Positions 1 through 22,768 of a stretch of 64,000 nt of DNA are shown here, in pieces; within the stretch, counting starts at the first letter, position 1, and every line of letters starts with the position of its first letter. The DNA is from the human T2T-CHM13v2.0 reference genome, Homo sapiens. The notes below the pieces were generated by a model. The model was not told the origin of the DNA. It did not search any database and saw only the letters and a program-made list of their open reading frames with translations. The stretch lies in NCBI RefSeq assembly GCF_009914755.1, contig NC_060946.1; one strand, given 5' to 3'. The position numbers were made by a program, and so were the translations under genes.

Positions 1-302
1 GAAACAGGCGCCCTTATGGAGCCGGAAGGCGGGAGGTTAGCCTGCCTGTGAAGTCTTGGGAACTGGCTCCTGGTCTTGGCCTGGAAGGCTTTCTCTCCTG
101 ATGCCCTGCTGTGCTCCTTCCTCCGCCACACCCACAGCTCCCTGTGTCCGACCACATCCTGTGCACCCCTCTGGTGTCTGTACTTCCACAACCTGTACCG
201 GGCAGAAGTGCCAGCCAAGGAGGCAGTGAGGGACCCTAACAAAGCGCTTAACAGCTGACAGCCGGCCTCTGCCTACGCTCTGGGAGAAGCACCTGTGCGC
301 AC

Positions 303-443
303 CTTGATGCGGATCAGGCGTTTCTTCCAGGAGTTGATCCCAGACAGGTAGACGTGTTTCAGGGCCTCCCGACTGAGCCGGAAGTCGACCCCGTCTGGGG
401 TCACCGTGAACTGGAAGGCCACGGCCTGGTGAGCTTCCGCCAT
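303..443 (-). CDS. CPT1B: Carnitine palmitoyltransferase 1B (muscle), first coding exon; the gene continues off the left edge
   Basis: ATG at 443 gives [47 protein letters not shown] (47 codons). GT donor at 302-301; exon acceptor AG at 464-463. Confidence 0.97.
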
Positions 444-899
444 CCTGGGGGTTGGTCGGCACCTAGGACGGGGGCAGATGGGTGCGCGGGCGCGCTTAGG
501 CCGGCCCCGCCGCCAGCCGCGCCGAGACGCCCCCAGCCAGTCCGCGACCCCTCGCGCCCCCCACCCCGCGACTAGCGGCTGCCCCCGGCCCGCGCCCCCC
601 GCCAGGCCAACCGCCGCCAAATCCTCGCGCCAGCCTTCCGGGTGGGCACAGCCACTGTGGTGCAGGGGATTTGGGCCTTGAAAGCTCCAGGAGCCCCAAG
701 GACGGCGAAGGGCAGCCTGGAGTTGGGGGGCGTCAGCGAGGGCGCGGGCAGGGGAGAGAGGCGCCCCTGGAAGTGGAGCCGGCCTGGACAGAGGCAGGGT
801 TCGGGAGCCCGCCCTTCCCCACCCGAGCGCGCGGGCCCCAGCGCCGTCCTCGCCCCTGTGCAGGGCTGAGGGCCCAGACCCCCGCGGGCCGCCCTGTGC

Positions 900-1080
900 C
901 GGCCCCTACTCACAGCTCGGGTTCACTCCTGTCCGTGCGTGGGGCCAGCCACTCTGGCCCGTGTCCCCACGTCCTTCAGGCCTAGCCACCCCCGCCCCGC
1001 CCTCACCAGGAACCTGACACCTACTCCCAAATCGGGGTCGGGGAAAAACGTGGGGCGAGAACCAGAACCCACCCACCTTC
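900..1080 (-). other. CPT1B: Candidate non-coding first exon(s) of CPT1B
   Basis: Minus-strand donor sites CT|GTGAGT (exon end 914) and TG|GTGAGG (exon end 1007) lie between the promoter elements and the coding exon acceptor. Confidence 0.55.
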
Positions 1081-1187
1081 CGCGGTGGGAATTGCAGGGC
1101 GCGGCTGGGTTTCTGTGCGGTGAAGGTTGCTCAAAGGTCTGGGAGCCTGGGGGGCCCCAGAGTCTCGTGAGGATGGTGGCATTAGAG

Positions 1188-1197
1188 CTAAAAATAG
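1188..1197. promoter_or_regulatory. MEF2 site of the CPT1B promoter
   Basis: CTAAAAATAG is an exact match to CTA(A/T)4TAG. Confidence 0.85.
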
Positions 1198-1205
1198 CCA
1201 AATGT

Positions 1206-1218
1206 AGGGAAAAGGTCA
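1206..1218. promoter_or_regulatory. DR1/PPRE fatty-acid response element of CPT1B
   Basis: AGGGAA-A-AGGTCA lies 763-775 nt upstream of the CPT1B ATG, matching the known PPAR/RXR element of this promoter. Confidence 0.85.
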
Positions 1219-1507
1219 CCGATGTGTCAGCTGCTGCCTGTTCTGGGATCGCTGGTGCTCCGGGCGGCATCCCCACCTCAGGGTCGTCTTCATACCCCCA
1301 TCACTCTCCTCCTCCCCAAGTCCTAGTATTTATTATTCTAAGCTGCAGCCAGGGGACTGGGGAGGGATGGGGGACCCCAACTGGCAGCATGAACGCTAAC
1401 CACTTTCAATCCCAGAGCACTGAAGAGTCCCTTTGTGTGTACTGCTCGGTTTGGTACTTTCTGCTGCTGCTCAGCAGGGCCAGGACAGGGTGGGAAGAAG
1501 AAGCTTG

Positions 1508-1513
1508 TTTATT
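1508..1513 (-). terminator. CHKB: CHKB polyadenylation signal
   Basis: TTTATT on + (AATAAA on -), about 195 nt past the CHKB stop codon. Confidence 0.85.
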
Positions 1514-1708
1514 GTGTTACATACACAGCACGGGGCTCTGGCCTGCCAGCCATGGGGACCTACTCAAACTCAGGAACAGGCCGGTCTCCTGAACCTCAGT
1601 TTCACTTGGGGGCTCAGCCCAGTCGCCAGGGCCTTCTGCTCGTTGTTCCTCCCTCCAAGGTCCTGCCCTGGAGGCTCCAGGAGAAATCCAAGGAGTGGGA
1701 GGGTGGAG

Positions 1709-1783
1709 TCAGGATGAGGAGTGGACACTGGTCAGCTGCCCCTTCTGCTGGAAGTAGAACTGGAACCGAGACTGGGCATAGTC
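1709..1783 (-). CDS. CHKB: CHKB exon 11 (coding part)
   Basis: DYAQSRFQFYFQQKGQLTSVHSSS then TGA at 1711-1709. Confidence 0.96.
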   Translation of the reverse strand, partial: DYAQSRFQFYFQQKGQLTSVHSSS

Positions 1784-1839
1784 CTAGGGAAGGAAACCCA
1801 CCCCACACAGTGGTGAGAAGACGTGGGACCAGCATTCTA

Positions 1840-2097
<258 letters not shown>

Positions 2098-2254
2098 TCA
2101 CCCAGGTTGGCCAATCCCTACAGTTTTAACTTCTCCCCCACTGTCCTAACTCCACTCTCCACAGCCACCTTCCCTGCAGCTTGATAAATCTGCCTCTTCC
2201 CCAATCCCTCTTTCCTCTGCTCTGCCCTACCCCACCCTGCCCCTCCTTCCTCAC

Positions 2255-2358
2255 CGACTGACTTCTACCAGCAAATCTTCTTCCAGTTTTCTCTGCTCCT
2301 CTTGGGAGAGGGTCTCACCTTTCTTTGCCTCTGCCAGGTAATGACGAATAAAATGCAA
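2255..2358 (-). CDS. CHKB: CHKB exon 9
   Basis: LHFIRHYLAEAKKGETLSQEEQRKLEEDLLVEVS. Confidence 0.96.
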
Positions 2359-2501
2359 CTACGATCAATGGCCAAGAGTCAGGAATTGGGGAGACTGTGG
2401 AGTATTTCCCAGGTAACATCCTTTCCGGCCATTCCTTCCAGACTCCACCTCCCTCCTTCCTCACAGGATGGGTCCTGCTCCCCAGCCTCTGGCCCACATA
2501 C

Positions 2502-2610
2502 CTGCTGTTCTTGAGTGGGGTAGTCTGTGGGCCTTGCTTTGTAGAAAGGCCATTCCTCGTGAGTATAATCATAAACCCACTCACAAAAATGGTTCCCAAT
2601 GTCAAAGCCC
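2502..2610 (-). CDS. CHKB: CHKB exon 8
   Basis: GFDIGNHFCEWVYDYTHEEWPFYKARPTDYPTQEQQ. Confidence 0.96.
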
Positions 2611-2717
2611 CTGGGAGAATAAGGTGGACATTCAGTCCCCAAATGCCCTGGGCAGCTGGCCTGTTTTCAAGAGCCCTGTGGGAACAGATCTATGGGAAGC
2701 CATCTTTCCAGCCTCAC

Positions 2718-2799
2718 CTATAGTTATAACTGCTGTACTCGAAGTCCACCAGCATGAGGCTGTCAGCATTTTCTGGCTCTGAGAGCAGCAAGATGTTCC
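2718..2799 (-). CDS. CHKB: CHKB exon 7
   Basis: GNILLLSEPENADSLMLVDFEYSSYNY. Confidence 0.96.
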
Positions 2800-2885
2800 C
2801 TGGGGGAATGGGGTGAGGTTCTGCTCACTCCAGAGCCCTCTGGCTCTTCCATCTTGGGTTAGGAGACTCAGATGCCTTCTCCTAC

Positions 2886-2944
2886 CTTCCTGGATGTCAT
2901 TGTGGCAGAAGACGACTGGCGATGGGGTAGACTCTAGTAACTTC
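2886..2944 (-). CDS. CHKB: CHKB exon 6
   Basis: KLLESTPSPVVFCHNDIQE. Confidence 0.96.
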
Positions 2945-3092
2945 CTACAGGGGTATGGGAGCATGGGTCCTGAGCAGGAGTGACTAGAGGAGGATCAGAG
3001 CCACCCTAACAGGCCAGGCCCTGACACCAGCCCTCAGCAACTACTGGAAGGGCGGACACCATTACCATTAGCCTTGTCCTGCCTGCCCTCAC

Positions 3093-3800
<708 letters not shown>

Positions 3801-3946
3801 CTCTGGCAAGCATTTAAAAGCCTGTTCTGTGACAGCCCATGACATCAGATCCACTCAAGTGGAGGGCTGGATAGAGCCCCCGACACATCCGCTGGCATGG
3901 AGGTTCAGCTCAGGAGTACAGGAGCCCTGAGGAGGCTCCTGACTCA

Positions 3947-4177
<231 letters not shown>

Positions 4178-4180
4178 CTA

Positions 4181-4516
<336 letters not shown>

Positions 4517-4764
4517 TTAGCGTTGGTCTATTTTTATTTAGAGATGGGGGTCTCACTATGTTGTCCAGGCTGGTCTCGAACTCCTGTGCTCAAGTGATCC
4601 TCTCGCCTCAGCCTCCCAAAGCTCTGGGAATACAGGCCCAGGCTTCGGTGTAATGAGGTGTTACTCAGACCGTGAACCTCGGTGTCCTCAACTGCGCAAC
4701 GGGAACAATACTACCCGCATCGCGTAAGCGACAGGCCCTAAAGCCACTGGTGCTGCGGCGCTCA

Positions 4765-4908
<144 letters not shown>

Positions 4909-5085
4909 TCAGCCCGCGGCCGGCCCTACCTGCCGCGGCCCCGGCCCCCTCCCGGCCAGGCCGGCCCCGCCCCGCCCCAGGCGCGGGCGCAAGAGGGGGG
5001 CGAAAACATGGAGCATCCTGAGGGCCCCGCGGCTGACCCCTGACCCCGATCCGCGCACCGGAGAGGCTGACCCCTGACCTCCCAC

Positions 5086-5309
5086 CTCACGGGGTAAACC
5101 CTCAGCTCCTCGGGCTGCACTCGGCGCCAGGCCCCGCCCAAGTACTCCCGGCACCATTGGTAGGCTCGGCGCTCGGCGTCACGCGACAGCGACGAGGCGC
5201 GCCGCCGTTTTGGGGTAGTGTCCGGGCACTTAGACTGCTGCAAGCCGTCTTTGGCCAGGCAGCCGCCAACAGCCCCGCTTCCGGCCACAGCTGTCGCCTC
5301 GGCCGCCAT
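5086..5309 (-). CDS. CHKB: CHKB exon 1
   Basis: MAAEATAVAG...ELRVYPV; donor AG|GTGGGA. Confidence 0.96.
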
Positions 5310-6399
5310 GGCGCGGGCTCGACCGGGCCCCAGGCCAGGCTGCGCTCCGCTCCCTTCGGACGGGCTCGGTTCCTTCCGGCCGCGCTCGGCTCCTCTTCCG
5401 GCCGGCCTGGGCTTCTCCGGTCATACTCGGGTCTCTCCGGCTCTATTCGGCTCACGGCTGCGGCGCTCGGCTCTCTCCGTGCCCCGGCCCGGGGGCTCTT
5501 TCCGAAGGCCGAATTCCGCAGATCTCTGCCGGGCCCCGCCCCTATGGGCAAGGACCAATGGTCTCTCTCTGGGCGGGGCTGCTGTTGGACGGCCTGGGCC
5601 AATCCGAGGCGCCGGAGGCCAATCAGTTGGCGGAGCGGCGCGTGCGCGGGCGAGGAACTGCCCGGGCGCGGTAGCGTCCGGGAAGACCGGAGAGGAGTTG
5701 CGTCTCTGCCCCGTGGGAGCCGGCGGGGCGGCGGGGCGGCGGCTGCAGCTGCAGCTCCGGCGCGAGGGCTCCCTTGCCGGGCCCTCTTCCCCGACCCCTG
5801 GGGCGCTCCGACAAGGAAGAGCCGTCCAGCGCGCGTCCGTCCTGAGCGTGGGTGAGGCCTGGAGGAGGCGCGCGCGCTAGGCAGGGCCGCACAGCGCGGG
5901 CAGAGTGCGGGATGCGGGCACCCGGTGGGTACGCAGTAAACATTTGCTGAAGGAATGTGACCCTTGGGACAGTTCCGATGACTCCAGTTGCATAAATGCC
6001 CAGTCTACACGGGGACTCCCTGGCCGGTAGAGCCGCACCTCTGAATGAGGAGTCTTTTGCTGCCCCGCTTGAGATGCGCGTCTTCATTCATTCCCCTCTC
6101 CCCCTATCCTCCTCGTCTCCTCCAGGCCTAGAACCAATTACAGAGTCAAACCCAAGAGCCGAAGAAAGTGAAGACTCGCAGCTTGCCGCAGCCCCCTCCT
6201 CGGCCTGCGCACCTCACATTGAGGGCGTCCTGATTTAAACGCGTGCCTCCTGCATTTCTGCTTCTGCCCCAGGCTAGAGCGGCGACCAGGAACGCTGGAC
6301 CCACAGAGATCTGTGGCAATGTCTGTCGAACCATGGTGTTCTTTGGGGCATCTGACTAGAGTATTGTTTGATAACCAGAAAGAAATCAAAAATTGGTGA

Positions 6400-10340
<3,941 letters not shown>

Positions 10341-10568
10341 AGAGTAGACTCAATATTGTAGCTGACTAGATCTGAGAGGGGCAGGAGATGGTGTCTTGGC
10401 TGATGCCCTCAGCCCACCTTTAACTGCAGTGGACACAGAGCTGCATCTCTGCTGTGTGTCTTTGCACTTCCTGCTCCAGGCCTTCTCTGACACCATGGCG
10501 GCCCCCTGAGCCTGTGCCGAGATTGTGCCACTGCACTCCAGCCTGAGCAACAGAGCTAAACTCCATCT

Positions 10569-10602
<34 letters not shown>

Positions 10603-10919
10603 GAGGGGAATACATACAGGAATGGACTGTGAGGATACAAAGCCAAGAATGAATTGTAGGTTAGTGCAAATTTATCAACATGAGTGCACTTCAAAGAGAA
10701 TCTTTGATTCCGTATTTTGGCTCAAGGCCTGGGAGTAGTTATGACCGTGCCTGGGTGGCTGAATGAAGCCTGGACTCCTTGGTGGTTTACATTGATGGGA
10801 AGATGAGAATGTGGAGTGGATTTGTGATGTATGTGACATGACCTGGCTGCCACTCTCCTCTCTCTATCCCTTCATTAGACCATTGTGTAATTTAAAAAAA
10901 TAGGTTATAAATTTCTTTT

Positions 10920-11520
10920 CAAGATAGTAAAGGGGTACGATCAACAACCCATGGAACGGGAGAAAGTATTTGCAAATCATGTATCTGATAAGGAGTTAAT
11001 ATCCAAAATGTATAAGGAACTTACAAAACTCAATAGCAAAACACCAAATAACCCAATTTAAAATGTGTAAAGGACCTGAATAGACATTTCTCCAAAGAAG
11101 ACATGCAAATGACCAACAGGTATATGAAAGGGGCCCAACATCACTAATCAGGGAGATGCAAACACCACAACGAGATATGACAACAACGCGATCCACCTCA
11201 CACCTCTTAGTTTGGCTACTATATAAAAAAAAAAAACAAAGGCAAGAGATAACAAATATTGGCGAGGATGTGGAGAAAAGAGAACCCTTGTATACTGTTG
11301 GTGAAAAGGTAGATTGGTACAACCATTATGGAATACAGTAAAAAATTAAAACAGAACTACCATGCAATCCAGCAATCCCACTTCTGGATGTATATCCAGA
11401 GGAAATGAAATCAATATCTTGGAGGATATCAGTACCAGCTTATTCATTGCAGCATTATTCACAATAGCCAAGTTAGGAAGCAACCTGAGTGTGCGTCGGC
11501 AGGTGAATGGATAAAGGCCA
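10920..11520 (+). mobile_element. Old L1 fragment (ORF2 3' region)
   Basis: L1 signature sequence: GAGAAAGTATTTGCAAATCATGTATCTGATAAGG, GAATAGACATTTCTCCAAAGAAGAC, CCAGCAATCCCACTTCTGG. Confidence 0.85.
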
Positions 11521-12000
11521 GGTGTAGGTGCTGGCTAGGGATTCTAAAATTATGGGAAAACTGGAAAATTGATATTAGGGCACCATCTGCCCCTTTGGCC
11601 ATGCCCTCTCTACTTCCTGTATACAAAACTCACTCACCTTATCCTTAAGGGAGACCACTGTAAAAGTTCTAACTAGTTGCAGCATCCAGCTCAAAATTTA
11701 GGTTCTCTGACTTATATGCAATTTGCTCCTTCAGGTCCAGAGGTAGATCCTTGTGGTCCAGTGACTTATAAAAGGTTTGTCATTCATCCTCCAACAAACT
11801 CAGTGTACACTAGTTTAATCCAATGTCGTATAAACTAAAACATATTTTATGTGTCCCAAACATACAAAGAAAGATTAAGGGCCGGGCGCAGTGGCTCATG
11901 CCTATAATCCCTGCACTTTGGGAGGCTGAGGTGGGCGGATCACCTGAGGTTGGGAGTTAGACACCAGCCTGGCCCACATGGAGAAACCTCGTCTCTACTA

Positions 12001-12366
<366 letters not shown>

Positions 12367-12519
12367 TTAGGAGGACACTGGAGAGGAACCTTCTTGGAGG
12401 CTGCGTAGTTTCTTCTATGGGATCAAATGCCTCCTGGCTTTTGTAGGGATTACTTTAGGAGCTGAATTGTCAGAGGGTTTGACAAACTAGATTGTAGTTT
12501 CTTTGGTGATACGATTTCT

Positions 12520-15560
<3,041 letters not shown>

Positions 15561-16247
15561 AGATTGGATTCCTTCAGAAGAAGTAGCTAAAACGAGGATT
15601 CACATGCAAGGAGTTTGTTTGAAGCTGCAGGAAATAAGGTGGGTGGGTGAGAAAGTGAGGCAGGGGAGGGAAGAAGTGCCATCCTGCCAGCTGCCCGGTC
15701 TCTTATCCTGCGGCCCGTGTAGCAAGATTGTACTTAGAACTTAGCTATTAGATCCAGAGGATGAAGACAGCTTTTGAGGCTGCACATGGTGGCTCACGCC
15801 TGTAATCCCAGCACATTGGGAGGCCGAAGCGGGTGGATCACTTGAGCCCAGGAGTTGGAGACCAGCCTGGAAAACATGGTGAAACCTTGTCTCTACAAAA
15901 AAAAAAAAAAAAAAAAAAAAAAAACCAAAAATTAGCCAGGCATGGTGGCGGGTGCCTGTAGTCCTAGCTACTTGGGAGACTGAGGTGAGAGGTTTGCTTG
16001 AGCTTAGGAGGCGGAGGTTGCAGTGAGCCAAGATCACATCCCTGCACTTCAGCCTGGGTGACAGAGTGAGACCCTATCTCAAAAAAAAAAAAAAAAAAAA
16101 AAGACAGTTTTTGTTAATCAAATTAGGTAATTATGCTGGGAGTTCCAAGATGACAAGTTTGTGGGTGTAAGAGGCCTGATAGCCGGCCGGGCGCGGTGGC
16201 TCACTCCTGTAATCCCAGCACTTTGGGAGGCCGAGGTGGGCGGATCA

Positions 16248-16513
<266 letters not shown>

Positions 16514-16873
16514 CTATCAGGGAGTCTCCCTGTCAGGCAGAGCCCTGTCATCACCAACTTTAGTGCATCTTTGGGAGGAACTGGGGAAATCTGGGAAGCG
16601 CTCACCAGACATTCTGCAGCTTGATAGCTCCTGGCATGCTTTGCTGGGCCTGTTCCCTTTGTGCTCATCGCAGTAAATGGAAAACTCTCCAAAATTTGTA
16701 TGTCAGAGAGAGATTTGTCGAGGCTGCAGTGCTGTCCTCCTTGGGGCTATGACTCTGCTGCAGTGCAAAGACTTTCATGAAAGTGTATAATCCTGTTGTT
16801 TTTTCAGTTATTATAAAAGTGTCTTTGGGCATGTACGTTCTATGAAGGAGTCTAGTGAGACATTCAGATTTCA

Positions 16874-17212
<339 letters not shown>

Positions 17213-17241
17213 TTAAAAACTTCAACTGATGCATGTTATAA

Positions 17242-17520
<279 letters not shown>

Positions 17521-17822
17521 TAGCCATTGTGCTTGATCTCCTGACCTTGTGATCCGCCTGCCTCGGCCTCCCAAAGTGCTGGGATTACAGGGGTGAGCCA
17601 CCGTGCCCGGCCTACTGTCACTTTCATTAAGGCATAACAATGTTGTAAATGCCATGATTTTGGATGTCCTGTACCATCAGGTGAGAATTACCATTTTCTT
17701 TAACATAGGTTATGCTTGTTTGCTGATGGAAATGATCCAGAAGAGAAGGACAAGTTGACGATTGAGAGGGTTAATGTCAGGTAAGAAACTTGAGTGGACA
17801 TTGAGGAAAGAGCGAGGTTCAG

Positions 17823-17934
17823 TGGACTGGAGGTTTGTGGTGGTTTCATGACACGTGGACTGGAGATTTGCAGTGGTTTTATGACACATGGACTGGAGGT
17901 TTGTGGTGGTTTCATGACACATGGACTGCAGATT

Positions 17935-17954
<20 letters not shown>
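17823..17954. repeat. 33-bp tandem repeat x4 (ABAB, 66-bp higher-order unit)
   Basis: TGGACTGGAGGTTTGTGGTGGTTTCATGACAC[G/A] alternates with TGGACTG[G/C]AGATTTGCAGTGGTTTTATGACACA. Confidence 0.9.
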
Positions 17955-18768
<814 letters not shown>

Positions 18769-21481
18769 CATTTCTTATGGAGTTAAAAAAAAAAAAAAAG
18801 GCTTGACACAGTGGCTCACGCCTGTAATCCCAGCACTTTGGGAGGCTGAGGTGAGTGGATTGCTTGAGCTCAGGAGTTTGAGACCAGGCTGAGCAACATG
18901 ATGAAACCCTGTCTCTACAAAAAATAAAAACATTAGCCAGGTGTGGTGGCACACACCTATAGTCCAACTATTCTGAGGAATGAAGTGGGAGAATTGCTTG
19001 AACCTAGGAGGCAGAGGTTACAGTGAGCTGAGATTGCACCACTACATTCTTGCCTGGGTGACAGAGCAAGACCCTGTCTCAAAAAAAAAAAAAAAGTGGG
19101 TATTGTAGTAATGCAGCAAGAGACCAAGAAAAGTAGGAGGTAGTGATCAGAGACCTGGCTGCATAAAAATGAAGATTCGGGAAATGGTGGCGTTAGGACT
19201 TCACCATGGTGAAGGTAGAACTCTTAATTTTCATCTTTATTAAATGTGTCTGTTTGCAGTTTTAACCATTGGCATATTTATTTTGTGTTTGTGATTTCTG
19301 TGAAATATGAGTACAATAAATACTGATAGTTTGCATTTGTTTTCTAATCTCTCAGAAAGTTGTCAGAAAATGTTCTCTGACTTTTTAGAATTGCTGTGGT
19401 CAGGACTGTGGAAGCTGTTGCGATTCCAACTCTCCCTTCTAAGTCCAATCAATTTTGTGCTTTGTAATGTCTATGCCATTCGTGCACCATAGAGGGAAGA
19501 AAGCGTTAAAATGGTCGCGTCACAACATCTTGATTTGTCATTGAAGGAGAAGGAGTCTGGAAGGACGCTGACAACGGGTGGTGGTCAGGAAGGAAAACCC
19601 AGTGCCTGTGGCCCAGAGGCTGGAGGAGGAACTTCAAGGAGGGATGTTCAGCTCCCTGTGGACCCCCATTTGTTCATCCATACAATGATGCTCTGAGGAG
19701 CACACAAGGAAGGTGCAAATTTGATAAAATGTGCATGATGTAAGGAGCATAAACCCCCTCAGGAAAGAGTTGCTGCCTTTTCACTAATGTATCCCTGAGC
19801 TGCACAGAGCAGCCCTGGGGGACTGGGAGGACATGTCCCCGGTGTGAGGAGCAGGGGAAAGGTGAGCCTTAAATGATCACCAACAAACAACAGGGCCTGT
19901 GTCTGGGGCTTACACCACGACATGTGGTCCTCGCAGCACCATTGCTCAGAGGAAGAAACCAAGATCTCGAGGAACTGAGTAATTTGCCCACGTTCAACAA
20001 GTTGGTGCAAAATGAAGAGTGGCTCCCGTATTTCAGACTTTAAGGCCGACGATCTTCCATCTGTGCTCTGGGGGCAAGATGGGAGGTCCACAGATAAAAT
20101 TGCGGGCGGTATCCCCCATCTCATGGTCTTTACGCTCATGGGACCTGGGAGTGACCATCTTTTAAGAGGGAGGGAAGGAAGGGGAGAGGCTTGAGGAAGG
20201 TTTTGGGGATTAGGATCTAAGATGAAATTTGAGACTATAAGACTTCAGATTGGATGCTGTGGCTCATGCCTGTCATCTCAGCACTCTGGGAGGCCATCAC
20301 CTGGGCTTGGGCCCAGGAGTTTAAGACCAACCTGGGTAACATAGTGAGACCCTGTTTTTACAAAAACAAACAAAATGCCAGGTATGGTAGTGTGCACCTG
20401 TGGTCCTAGCTACTCAGAAGGCTGAGGCAGGGGGATTCCTTGAGCCCAGGAGTTTGAGGCTACAGTGAGCTAGGGATACACCACTGCACTCCAGCCTGGG
20501 TGACAGAGTGAGACCCTGTCTCAAAAAAAAAAAAAAAAAAAAAAAAGATTTTAAGCTTGCTGCAATTCCAGATGAAGGTAGATCCTGGAGGCACTTTGTG
20601 GGAGAGGTCACTACACTTGAGTATTAAAGACTGTTGACAGATCAGAAATCAAGGAACTGACTGACCAGGGTATTGGATGGGTCATTTATGTGGATGTCCA
20701 GATGAACCAGTTTGGTGAAAAGACTCAGGATCAAAAGCCAATCTGGAAAGTTGAGGTCAAACTCTCTGTGAAATCTGGGAAGGGATCTGGATTTTTTGGG
20801 AAAGGCAGGGAGTGGTTAATAGGCCCAGACTCCCTCAGAAATGGGGAATGTTCTTAGTGCTTCTAAAAGGGAAAAGACTGTTATGGCAAAGACCTGATGC
20901 CCCAGACTGGGTTAGAGACCATAAGCTCTCTCATTCATTCATTCACATGTCTGCTAAGCACCTACTGTTTGCCAGGCACCATGCTTGGAGCCTAGGGCTT
21001 CACAGAGAGATGACAGCCTCTCTTCTCTCCAGCCAACCCAAGTCAAGAAGGCAAGCATAAACTAGTAAATGGCTTTTTTTTTTTTTTTGAGATGGGATCT
21101 CACTCTGCCCCCCAGGTTGGATGCAGTGGTGTGATCTCAGCTCACTGCAACCTTTGCCTCCTGGGCTCGGCCAATTTTTTTTATTTTTGGTAGAGACATG
21201 TTTCCAGGCTGGTTTCAAACTCTTGAGCTCAAGTGACGCACCCACCTTGGCCTCCCAAAGTACTGGGATTACAGGTGTAAGTCACTGTGCCCAGCCAAGT
21301 AAATGCCATTCTTAGAAAAATACTGTAATTGGCATAAAATATAAATTGTGATGGGACACCAAAGAGTGCAGGTTCAATCAGGCCCTGGCCACAGGCCTCT
21401 CTCTGAGCTGGAATGGTGATACCCCCCTTCCCGACTTGCATGAGCTCCTTCTGCCATGTCGTTTCTGGTGTTTGTCACTCA

Positions 21482-21928
<447 letters not shown>

Positions 21929-22008
21929 TTAGCCAATATTTAGCCAGGTGCTGTGGTTCACACCTGTAATCCCAGCACTTTGGGAGGCTGAGGCCAGAGG
22001 ATAGCTGA

Positions 22009-22239
<231 letters not shown>

Positions 22240-22768
22240 TAGTAAAGACGGGGTTTCACCATGTTGGCCAGGATGGTCTCTGGTCTCGATCTCTTGACGT
22301 CGTGATCCACCCGCCTTGGCCTCTCAAAGTGGTGGGATTGCAGGCGTGAGCCACCGCGCCCAGCCACCGGTCTCTATTTTAGAAAGAAAAAAAGTGTTCT
22401 GCAGTCTCTCCCTAGTTCTGCGCCCTCAACCCTGATCTCCCGCCTCCTCCCACACCCACCGTCTCGAGCTCAGCTTCAACCATGGCCCTCCCCACAGGGC
22501 TCCATCCCAAGCCAGAGCGGGTCAGTTCCCTACACAGGGCCCAGCAACACGGTGCCCAAGAAAAAGTGTTTCCAGTGGGACGCATGTCGCCTCCGTGGGT
22601 GCTAACTTCTCCCAGTGCCCGTCGGTACGTCCGTCCGGCTGTGCAGTCTCTACTGAGTGCTCAAAGTCCACTTTTAGCCCCAGCCAGCATCCTCTGAGTA
22701 CCTTGTGCTCGATTCTGAATCCAGCCCTGCTCGGCGACCCTCGTGCAGACGTCCCCGTGCAGCCCCGG

